Origin: Sphaeroforma arctica JP610
Taxonomy: Eukaryota
Assembly: GCF_001186125.1 (NCBI RefSeq)
Contig: NW_014040543.1
Location: 132,299-164,542 of the forward strand
Length of the DNA stretch: 32,244 nucleotides
Direction of reading: 5' to 3'
Shown: positions 1 to 12,200 of the stretch, piece after piece
How the letters are laid out: every line of letters starts with the position of its first letter
Position numbering within the stretch: position 1 is the stretch's first letter
The notes under the pieces: model-generated
Told to the model about the DNA's origin: nothing
The model's database searches: none
Seen by the model: the letters and a program-made list of their open reading frames with translations, nothing else
Made by a program: the position numbers and the translations under genes

Positions 1-211
1 ATTTAATGTTTAAATTGGTCATATCCATGCATGTTCATTTACAGATGAGAGTCTTTAATTGTCTGTACATCGAACCGCGAGCACTAGCACAGGAGCATTT
101 GAGGTTAAACTTCATTAAAAAAACATGCACACACACACAGACACAACACTCAAGCACTCTTACTTAGCCTTGACTTCATATTCACAAACGCCTTCAAATT
201 CTGTCCTACAG

Positions 212-3200
212 ACGATGATGAGCGTCTTCTGCAGTCGCGTATGATCGGTAATCCTAAACGGCGATTCAAAAGAGTGGCCGAACTATGTCACAGCAAGAAG
301 ATCTGTGAACTCGGAGAGGTGAATATGGGCTCAGTAGACCCAGACAATCATAATGTAGAACATGAAATTATCCGAGGGAAGGGTGGGTGTGGGCGTGCAC
401 AGCCGGTGAGCTGGCGCAGGGATGGATTCAAGATTACTGCAGAGTGGAAAGAGATTGATGAGGATAGTAACGAGAAGAAGAAGGTGAATGTACTTCATTT
501 GCTACACATACACCGTAGAATGAAGGGTTCGCCGTGTCATGTTGTCATGTTATATCAGATAGTCATGTTGTGAGCAAGTGCAGTCTGAATGTGGGCTGCG
601 AGCTAGATGAAAACAATTACTACGATGAGTTAAGGTGGTGATAACTCCGTAGAGTTTGTTGATCCGGATGCCATTTTTCTTCTTCTTTCTACCAATAGCT
701 ATCAAGGTGTTGTCTCTATCTTGCATCTTATTACATGTTCTTACAAATGTATCCTTCCATCTATCAACACACACCACAGCTCATAACGGCCGAGATGGCG
801 CATCAGATTCTCAAGCGCATCAGTGACAAAGACTCGTGGATCCTGGGCTTCGACCCTCAGTGGTGCCGGCCCGATTGGATGATTTCTACCATCCTGCCCG
901 TGTCTCCGCTGGCCGTACGCCCCAGTATCATGATGGATTCAGCATCGAGAAGTTCCGATGATTTGACGTATGTTTCTATAGGTGGTTTTTGGTTCACTTG
1001 GACCAGGTTTGAATTAGTGTAGTTCAGCGTGACCGAGTCATCTCGACTCGCTCATGTGTAAGACGTGCTCAAGCTAGATTTAAATTTTAAATGGCGCACT
1101 TATACATCGCTGCGCTAAATTTTGTGCTCGCTTTCGGCCAGGGCTGGAACAAAACATCTGGTACGGCAAATTTTTCCGGGTTGGCACTTCCAACTATTCA
1201 GTTGGACTCTATCATCAACCTCGATACTTAAATATATATTTCGATATAAAACTCACTATCCCAAAACATTTGAACACCTCAGATACAAACTGGTCGATAT
1301 TCTTAAATGCAATATCGAGTTGAAGAAGCACGAACTGGCGGGGTCCCCCGCTCACGTACTGTCAGAATACATTGATCTGCTGCAGTTCCATGTGGCAACC
1401 ATGACGGACAATGAATTGCCTGGTATGTGATATAGTTTACCCTATGAGTAGGAAATTCGCAGATGTGCTGCTCGAGATGTACTGGTATTGATTGTATAAT
1501 CCCCGACAAGCTATTTGTTTTTTAATTGGTGTTCGTTCATCTCGGATTGTTAATCTTTGTGTGTGTGTTCGCTCGAGGTGTGCTCAGTTTCACTGTAGAG
1601 ACCATGACCGCCAATATATTGCGTGGTATCCGATTCGACAGTCGCTTCTGAGTTAGGAATACACTTGCATCGTGCTTCCTCGGTCTATTCGCATGCTCCT
1701 GTGCTGCGCATCATGCATCTGTGGGTACGTAAGCCCATGCACGTACGTGTGTGAAGCTGAATATGATTGTAAGTCCCTGCATTCGATAACTATGTGAACT
1801 TAGCCGACATGCAACATGGAGCACAGTATCGACTATCCACTGATGGGTTTTTTTCACCGTGACGTTGATAATGCAGGTCAGCCCGTAGCCCAACAGAAAA
1901 GCGGACGTCCACTCAAATCCATTCGTCAGCGTCTGAAGGCCAAAGATGGCAGAATCAGAGGCAATCTCATGGGAAAACGTGTCGACTTTAGTGCACGTAC
2001 GGTTATTACCGCCGACCCTAATTTGTCTATTAATCAGGTATGCACGTCGGACTGTTGTTTTACTCACATGGCTGTGATGTGTGTAAAGGTCATCCTGTAT
2101 TGGAATAGATGACAATAATCGACGCATCATCCGGGTGATCTGTGGCGCTCACGACAACTTGTGCTATTAGCCTGTTGTGGAGTGATGTAAAGTGCAGGGC
2201 CGCAATATACGTATGTTTGCGTGCATAGCGCACGCTTGTCACTCCATTCAGGCTTGCAGTGATTATCTTATGTGCTCACCGCTTAATATACCGTTGATAT
2301 CCGTGTATGATATACAGGTCGGTGTACCCAGGTCTATTGCGCTGAATATGACATACCCGGAGACTGTGACACCATACAACATCGATCAGATGCAGCAGCT
2401 CATCAGCAACGGCCCCACCGAACACCCCGGTGCCAAATACATCATCCGAAAGGTATGCTCTATTTAAAGCGGATGAGATCAGTAAGTGGACCCTAATTCA
2501 ATCATGTTCGAGATACCTTTGTATGCTCTGTCTGAAGCGGATACGATCGGGGAGAGAAGTCTGGTTGAATGTTTTCGAGATACCTTTTTATTGTTTACTG
2601 CTATACACGGGTGGGTGCTGCCACTTGGGCTGTAGCCTCATGCTGGCGTTTGAGGGACGAGAGTAGTCGTTATATATCAACTCAAATAGACCCCAATCCT
2701 GTTGTATCGTACACTCAACAATAATCTTATCACTGTATCACCGGTGAATGCGTTTTTAGGATGGTGCGCGTATTGATCTGCGGTACAATCAGGCCTCCGC
2801 TGATCTGCATTTGGAACCAGGCTACAAAGTCGAGCGACATATGGTGGACGGAGACTACATCATCTTCAATCGTCAGCCATCGCTGCACAAAATGAGTATG
2901 ATGGGTCACAAGGTACGTACGCATCAGGCGCACATTATATCATTCAGTTTCCCGAGTGCTCTGTTTGTTAAAACGGCGAGCATTACCATGTGGGGTTTGG
3001 CGGACTGGCTTGTGCAATTCAGTGGTGCGAGAAAACGGCTCGAGTGCTAGTTGCTATAATAGAACGGGCGTGTTGTAGTAATTTATGAATCCAGAATCTA
3101 GTTTGATTCTCTACAGCGGATTCGTTGTCTTCTACTGTATCATCTTACCTATGTTCTTTTTTGCGGAACTCATCCCAACAGCTGAAAACTCACTCTCACA

Positions 3201-6200
3201 GGTGAAAATCCTCCCGTACTCCACGTTCCGTATGAATTTGTCTGTGACATCGCCCTATAATGCCGATTTCGATGGAGATGAGATGAATTTGCATCTGGCG
3301 CAGAGTGTGGAGACCCGAGCGGAGATCGATCAGCTAATGATGGTGCCTCGGTGTATTGTAACACCCCAGGTATAGGATTGTAACTTTCTCTTTCTCTTTC
3401 CTTTTAAGTACGAGAGTTTACGGGAGTTGTATGTAGTGAAGCCTAACTTGCCTTGTAAAAAACATGTGTGGTTTGAGGGATGTAAGTGTATCGTATTCTT
3501 TTGAGTTCCTATGGGTTCGGAAATTGTATAGTGGAAACCTAGCATGGAGGTGGTTGGTTTTAGGGTTTAAGGGTTTTATGTAGTCCTATCTAGCTGTTTT
3601 TGTGTGTGTGTGTGTTTGAGTATGTATAACAACTCTCCGCGAACCAAACGGGTGGCCACACGGTTGCTTGCCATATGGATTGTACGCCACTTGGATACCG
3701 CAGCAATAATTTGTTGTTTCAGAGTATCGACGCGGACTAACTTATACTCAGCGAGACAGCTCATCCTAGCCCAGACCCATGCACTAACATTCCGTTGATT
3801 GACTTTGTTGCGGATAGGCCAACAAACCCGTTATGGGTATTGTGCAGGACACACTGACCGCAGCGAGGAAGTTCACAAAACCCGACTGCTTTATTGAGAT
3901 GGACGATGTGATGAATCTACTCATGTACCTGCAGCATTGGGATGGTGTCGTACCCCAGCCCGCTATTTTGAAACCCAAACCGTTATGGACCGGTATGATG
4001 TTTTGTAGGTCGGTGGGTGCTGTTTCAGTATAGGTTGGTCAGCTTCTTTGTGGCACGGTTAAAGTGTGGTTTTTATGTCTTATGATTAATTGGGTTTCGG
4101 GCATACGCACGTATACACACACGCATAGGTCATCTACAGCAACTTGTTGTAGATCCTACCTAAAAAATGTAGATAACATCCTATGAACAAGCCGGAATAT
4201 TCTACATGTTGCGCATTCATGGTGTGGGGGTTGCTGTTCTCAAATTGCCACGCGTTAAATGCTTGCATACTAACGCGTATGGAACAATCTTTTAGGTCGC
4301 CCCCGAGGTCTGCGCGAGTAAATGTACAATGCACTCACTCTTTAAGATTTATCTTCGTTTTTATCACACTTCAATGAAATACAGGCAAACAGCTTTTCAA
4401 TTATTTAATCGTCCCGGGAACTAATTATATCAACAACAAGAATCAGCCTACAGAGGAAAAGAACCACAAAACAAACAGAGACTTCTCGCCCACAGACAGC
4501 AAGGTATAACAAGCTTTCCGAATGTTTGTAATATGCGGTATTGTTCGCCTGTGTTTGCCCTGATCACGGCAAGGACCTCTAAGATCATGTTCTGTACTCG
4601 ACTGCGCTTTTAGCCAGGTATGCAGCCACGCACTGCTGCTCTTTGCAGTATTACCAACCACACCTTCTTAACCCTTTGTCCTGATCTCGTGCAATTGGTC
4701 AGGTGCTGGTTATCAACGGTCGCCTGATGAGCGGACTGATCTGTAAGAAAACCATTGGTAGCAGTGGGGGAGGTCTGATCCACGTCATGTTCATGGAGCA
4801 TGGGCCTGAGAAGACTAGGCATTTCTTCGACTCTATCCAACATTGTATCAATCAATGGCTGATGATTGAAGGTACGTACAGAACCGACCAGTTCGGTGTG
4901 GTGTACTCTATTCTCTTTTTAATTGCGCGTGTATATCTTGTTATTTGTGGCGTATGTGGTGCGTGTTGTCTGTGTATGTAAACATGAGAGCTCGTATAGA
5001 TTCTGAGCGACTGTTGTTCGTCCAGGTTCGGTTTCGCCGATCCGCATGGTGAGCCTCGGACGAAGAACCCCCCCATCAATTCAAACCTAGAGGGGACCGC
5101 AATTCAAATGACAGACGTGATGTCAGTGCTCGTGTGCTTTCAACACATCCAATGGCAGTTTAGTATTGCCGTTTCGTATGTTGCATTAAGATTTGACGCA
5201 TCACTACACTATCCTTCCGATTACAGGTCACTCAATGAGTATCTCCGATATGATGGCTGACGAATCCACCAACGATATGATCCGAGCGAGAATTGCTCGG
5301 GCTAAAGAGGAGGTGTCTGATATCATCCTTACAGCCCAGATGGAACAGTTGGAGCCCACGCCCGGTAACAGTCTGCGGGAGGTATGGTGGTTCGAGAACT
5401 TTGAGAAATGTGCGACCCGAATGCATGTCAACCCCTTTCGGACCTTTCCTTTATTTACATCTGTTATATTATATACCGCTAGACTACAAATCCCATCTTC
5501 ATCTCCTCTTCATTCGGCTGCTACGCTTCTCATCATCCACAGACGTTTGAAAACAAAGTGAATCAGACGCTGAACAAGGCCCGTGAAGATACTGGTCAGC
5601 TGACTAACGAGAATCTGTCGCGGTTCAACAATATGAAAGCGATGGTGGACTCGGGGGCCAAGGGGTCCCTGATCAATGTCTCGCAGGTGTGTGGTGTGAA
5701 GATCCGGGAATCGTACTAGATCATAGTGTATAAGGGGACAAAATTAAATGCGTTGAGTATCAACTTTGAGTTTTTACAGTCGAATCTCAGTGTTCATGGT
5801 ATAAAGCTGGCCGATAGTTGGCCTGCAGTGTCTGTGCTTGCGTATCTACCATAGCAGGCTCTCTATGAGTTTATTTACCCTTCCTTATACAACTATATTC
5901 TTGAGCGGTATATTTATAAGATTTGCCTAGAAATAAATTTGCCACTTGACCACTGCTTCAGCTGTGTTCATAGCACAGTTTCTACTGCTCGCCAGAGACT
6001 ACCTTTGGCCTTTGCAAATACAGGCTAACGTCCATGATTTCGTTGCCATCGCCGCTTTCTCTAGGTTATTGCCTGCGTAGGGCAGCAAAATGTAGAGGGA
6101 AAACGTATCCCGTTCGGATTCCAGTATCGTTCGCTTCCGCATTTCCTGAAAGATGACTACGGACCCGAGAGCAGAGGATTTGTGGAGAACTCGTATCTTT

Positions 6201-9200
6201 CTGGTTTGACACCAGCTGAGTTCTACTTCCACGCAATGGGAGGTCGTGAAGTATGTCGGCCCAAATCGCCTGTTTTTGTTCGCTATATCGATTGTAGGCT
6301 ATGGAAAGTACGTTTGCTATCTCCAGAATGGATGTGTACGTAGAGTGGAGGACTTGTGGAAAACTTATTTTATTTATCGATAACAAGCTGTGTTCTACGA
6401 CGGGAGGTGTCCAATTTTGTATTCGGAGGTTGTTTCTGCTATTTCCGTCCGGATGCGTAGCAGTGCATTTAAAGTGGCCGTCAGATGGAAGGTCACTGGT
6501 CTGTACTACCACTTGACTACTAAAACTCGATTGTGCTACTCCTAGCTAAGACACTTTCTTTGCGAGATGTATGGTTGCATTCATGGAGCTGTAGCGTTCA
6601 ACCCTACGTGTTCAATTTCTAACTTTTAAGTAAACATACTATATCGCATAGGGTCTGATTGATACGGCTGTGAAGACAGCTGAAACTGGTTACATCCAGC
6701 GTCGTCTGGTGAAAGCTATGGAGGACGTCATGGTGAAGTACGATGGTACTGTGAGAAATGCTCTGGGGGATATCATCCAGGTAGGTGGAGGAACGTCAAG
6801 TGACCAATAATGTGTGCCCGATAGCAGAGTGGAGTTTGACTAACACCAAATTACTGTGAACATCAGCGAATATGCGATGACCCTTTTGTTGCATAAGTAA
6901 ATTTGCTTTTCCTGATTTTAGTATATAAATATATATATNNNNNNNNNNNNNNNNNNNNNNNNNNNNNNNNNNNNNNNNNNNNNNNNNNNNNNNNNNNNNN
7001 NNNNNNNNNNNNNNNNNNNNNNNNNNNNNNNNNNNNNNNNNNNNNNNNNNNNNNNNNNNNNNNNNNNNNNNNNNNNNNNNNNNNNNNNNNNNNNNNNNNN
7101 NNNNNNNNNNNNNNNNNNNNNNNNNNNNNNNNNNNNNNNNNNNNNNNNNNNNNNNNNNNNNNNNNNNNNNNNNNNNNNNNNNNNNNNNNNNNNNNNNNNN
7201 NNNNNNNNNNNNNNNNNNNNNNNNNNNNNNNNNNNNNNNNNNNNNNNNNNNNNNNNNNNNNNNNNNNNNNNNNNNNNNNNNNNNNNNNNNNNNNNNNNNN
7301 NNNNNNNNNNNNNNNNNNNNNNNNNNNNNNNNNNNNNNNNNNNNNNNNNNNNNNNNNNNNNNNNNNNNNNNNNNNNNNNNNNNNNNNNNNNNNNNNNNNN
7401 NNNNNNNNNNNNNNNNNNNNNNNNNNNNNNNNNNNNNNNNNNNNNNNNNNNNNNNNNNNNNNNNNNNNNNNNNNNNNNNNNNNNNNNNNNNNNNNNNNNN
7501 NNNNNNNNNNNNNNNNNNNNNNNNNNNNNNNNNNNNNNNNNNNNNNNNNNNNNNNNNNNNNNNNNNNNNNNNNNNNNNNNNNNNNNNNNNNNNNNNNNNN
7601 NNNNNNNNNNNNNNNNNNNNNNNNNNNNNNNNNNNNNNNNNNNNNNNNNNNNNNNNNNNNNNNNNNNNNNNNNNNNNNNNNNNNNNNNNNNNNNNTATTT
7701 ATATATACATATACAAATACATGTATATATATACATATATAAAGGCGCGTGCTTAGTAATCAGTGCGACTGCCATGGATATGTCACACCACAAGATGTCA
7801 TTAAGGATGCTTATCTTGATTTGAATCAAAATATCGCGAGGGAAGTTGCGGCATGGCACTACTCAATTGTGGAGGATAGCATAGCATTAATATCCAGACA
7901 CTATTTACATCATACGTACAAATCAAAATTTCTCTGTATTTACTTTTAGTTTGTGTACGGAGAAGATGGTCTGGACGGGACGGCCATGGAGAGTCAGAAT
8001 CTGCCGATTCTGAAGCCTTCGAATCAGGCCTTTGAGAACAACTACAAACTGTCTGTACCTCAGATCAATAAGCTGCGCAAGGTATTGTGTATTCACAGCA
8101 ACAGTCAGGAAAAGTAGGCACAAGATGATAGCTGTACGTATATGAGAGTAGGCACCAGATGATAGCTGTACGTATATGAAGTAGGCACCAGATGATAGCT
8201 GTACGTATATGAAAGTAGGCACCAGATGATAGCTGTACGTATATGAAAGTAGGCACCATATGATAGCTGTACGTATATGAAAGTAGGTACCAGATGATAG
8301 CTGTACGTATATGAAAGTAGGCACAAGATGATAGCTGTACTTATATGATAATAGGCACCAGTTGATAGTTATACGTATATGATAGCAAATATCTGCGTTT
8401 GGCTGCTGCAGAAGTGTCACAGCGCAGCTTGTTATAGTTTGAGCACACGGTTACAAGATCAGGTCTATGGGACTGGTCCTTTGGGATGAGAGTCCTTTGG
8501 GTGTGTGCACGCACATGCCACTTTTTCAATCATCGGTGTGCGTTTGGCTTAATTTTGCGAATATTCAGTTTACGCGTCGCCACTGTGCGGCAGTCGGATC
8601 TTTTAGATTCACATTTATAGATACATTGGAAGTATCTCCACGGATGTGCGTAAGAAATATTGATCGTTCACTGAAAATGCAATCACCCACTTCTCACTCG
8701 ATGGTAGTATATAACACCTCGTCCAATTTATTTATACGCCAAACAATTAAATCTTTATTTGCGTGTACATTGATCCATACGTCGCTGTGAAAGATTATTC
8801 CATTCCAGGACACACTTGCACTCATACACACCCGCACACATCCGCGCACACACAAGGTTCTCAACACCGACATCGTCGAGGAGCTACTAAGAGACCAGGG
8901 CGCGCAAGAGATTCTGATGGGCGAATGGACTCAACTGCAGAACGATCGTGAAGATTTGCGTGTGATTTTCTCGGACGGGACGGATAACACGCCCATGCCT
9001 GTCAATCTCAACCGCTTGATCTGGAATGCCAAACAGGTGTGTTTCGTCTTCTTTAGGTACTATTTTTTTTAACGCCTAAAGTACTGAGAGAATTCGCCTT
9101 GTTGCTATGCATATTGGAGGCGTTAGAGTGCTGTCGGCCACTTTCCGTATTTTAAGTCTTGTTACTAGCTCCATCTAACAAGCACATTCCCATCTCTCGG

Positions 9201-12200
9201 TCTAGATTTTCCGGATTAAAGACCACAACCTGTCGGATCTGCATCCGTGCTTGATTGTCCAGGGTGTGAAGAACCTCAGTGATCGTCTGCAGATGATTAA
9301 AGGTATGCATATACATATTAAGGTTGAATCTGTTCAGCCTGCTATATTGTCGACATGGACTCTGGGGAATATACTTCTAACAGCATAAACACCAGTTTCC
9401 ACATTTTGTAGCACCGCTTGTCCTGGCACCGTGTCTCAACATCTCTTGTTCTCTCGTCCGCGTTTCTGGTCTGATAGGTGAAGACGATATCAGTCGACAG
9501 ACGTCCGAATCGGCCACCATGCTGTTCAAGATTCTGCTGCGTTCCACTCTGTGCTCACGTACGCTTCTAGAGCGCCACCACATGACCTCCGAGGCTTTCA
9601 GTTGGTTGCTGGGAGAAATCGAAGCACGTTTCCTGGCTGCCTATGTGAATCCAGGCGAGATGGTAGGGGCCTTGGCTGCTCAGAGTATTGGAGAGCCGGC
9701 CACACAGATGACTCTGAACACGTTCCATTTCGCAGGTGTGTGGGTGCTTTGGATGGGTGTGCGTGTAGAGATGAGTGTGTGTATATGTGTGCACAAGCGA
9801 TAACAGTCTGTGGTGATCAAGACAGTACATAGTATTGGAGAGCCGAATATAGGTAGCGCTGGGCACATTTCATATCTCAGGCCTTCTGTAGTAAGGCCTT
9901 GGTTACTCANNNNNNNNNNNNNNNNNNNNATCTCAGGCCTTCTGAGAAGCCTTGGTTACTCAGAGTATTGGAGAGCCGGCCACACATATGACTCCGAACA
10001 CGTTCCATTTCGCAGGTGTATGGGTGCTTTGAATGGGTGTGCGTGTAGAGATGAGTGTGTGTATATGTGTGCACAAGCGATAGCAGACTGTGGTGATCAA
10101 GACAGTACATAGTATAGGAGAGCCGGCCATAGGTAGCGCTGGGCACATTTCATATCTCAGGCCTTCTGTTTATTTGGGGAATGGTTCTGAATATGTTTTC
10201 TGACTGATTTACCAGCGCATGTCGTTTCTCTTGCCCGTGATTCTATCAGTAATAACGCTGCTGCGCAATGTGTCACACCGATATCATTCCATCGACAGCC
10301 ACATACACACACCGGAACTCGTCCGCTATTAACTTAATGTTATTCGCCACATTCGTGCAGGTGTGGGTAGTAAGAACGTCACCCTGGGTGTGCCCCGTTT
10401 GAAAGAGTTGATCAACGTCGCCAAGACGGTCAAGACTCCCGCTCTGACGGTCTATCTGGTGGACGAGTACCGACAGGTAGATAGACCTTCTGTGCTCACA
10501 GGTGTACATATATACCCGTGCACGCGCGCATATCTGTATCTGCAGTAGCCATAGTCGGAACGTACTGTGTGACCACAAGTACTTTATATACCTGTACCCG
10601 AAGCCAAGTGCACATGTCGTTCTACTATCCTTGTCCACCCCTGTGTGTGTGGTGGTGGGGTGGGATAATCTTTGAGCGATCCTTGAGCAACCGATGACTG
10701 GCTCGTGGCAAGCTTGAACAGGACGTGCCTGGTGCATCTCTACTCGCTGCCAGAGACCTGATGGGGCGCTTGCACCCGTTGGTCAGTATTGAACAACCTT
10801 TGTGAGTTGTAGGGTTTGCACAAGTTTTAGTAGGGTATACCAACGGCAATGCGTGCTTATTCATATCTCTGCATCATTCTATTACTCCTCCAGTTATGCA
10901 AAGGCGAGCACATTCATCCCGAAATTATACCCCACACGGATTCAATCGCGACAATCTGAACACAACACACCTCCTTTTGAATACAATCGTAATCATAATC
11001 TTGATCGCAAAACATCGCTGAACACTCAAAAACCCTAAAATCCTAAAACATCACAGTACTAGAAATAATTTGTAACACCCCTAAAACATCGCATAACACT
11101 CATAGGATATGCAAAAGGCGAAGTATGTGCAGTCCAAACTGGAGCACACCACACTCCGCAACGTCACCGCAGGCACGGAGATCTACTACGATCCCAATCC
11201 AAGTGAGACGGTCATCGCTGAGGATGAGGAGTTTGTGAGTGCTTTCTACGAGATGCCGGAGGAAGATCTCGATATCAATCTACTGTCCAAGTGGATGTTA
11301 CGTATCGAGCTAGATCGTAAGCGAATGGTATGGGCCATAGTTGGCGGGAATATCATTTTATCATTGTTTTATTTTTGGGGTTGTTTTGTTTTGGGTTATT
11401 TGCTCTAGGGTACGTTGTATATGTTGGTGGTAGAGGATATGAAATTGTCGAAGTCGCAATCGTTTGGAGCCTTTCGAAGTATCACGCTGATCACATGCAA
11501 TGCTCGGGCGGTCTGTAAGTGAAGATTTTCTCTGACCGGGGGGGCCTTCTGTGGGGCTTTCGCTAAACATTAGTTACTTACGACAGCAAGGAACCCTGTC
11601 GCATCTCTCACCTTCCTTTTTTCTACAATCGTGGATCCCTGCCTAACCTTCATATCTATTGGCCACATTGTTTGTATTATTTTCCGTTGCGTCAGTATGC
11701 CCCACCTTGCCCTTCCCTTCAATGGTGTCATTTCTTTCTGATGTACTGCCACGTCTCTATTGAATTTACCGATATAGGTTGACAAGAATTTGAATATGGA
11801 GCAAGTCGCCGCGCGTATCTCGGAGGAGTTCGGCGAAGACCTGTGGTGCATCTTCAGTGATGACAACGCAGACAAGCTTATTCTGCGCATCCGTGTGAAG
11901 ACTGCGGTATGCTATTTAGCTTTGTTTGCACGGTATATATGCCAGTATAGTGGTGTATGCGGATGTCCTTGTGTTGTATGTGTATGTTGGTTTGCCTGGC
12001 ACACACGCATTGGGTGGCTGTGGAGTGTTCAAGTCTAAACGCTGCGAAACTCTTTTGGGCGGCTGTGGTATAGGTTGGCATGGTTGGGACCATCGTGCCT
12101 TAACATTGACTCCATACCTCCTGATTTGAACATTTCCATGGCCTTTTTGTTTTGTTATTTTCAATACAGCCGCACGACAAGGACGAGGAAGACGGTGAAG

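Noticed and set aside
3553..3578. Telomere-like TTTTAGGGTTTAAGGG, and CCCTAAAA-like units at about 11030-11090
   Set aside because: Only 2-3 imperfect units, too short to call interstitial telomeric sequence.
6903..7859. Long ORFs of 279 and 313 aa
   Set aside because: Artefacts of the N gap.
8111..8381. CRISPR array, or the repetitive minus-strand ORFs 7923-8420, 8065-8259 and 8105-8326
   Set aside because: Head-to-tail repeats without spacers; the ORFs are translations of the minisatellite.
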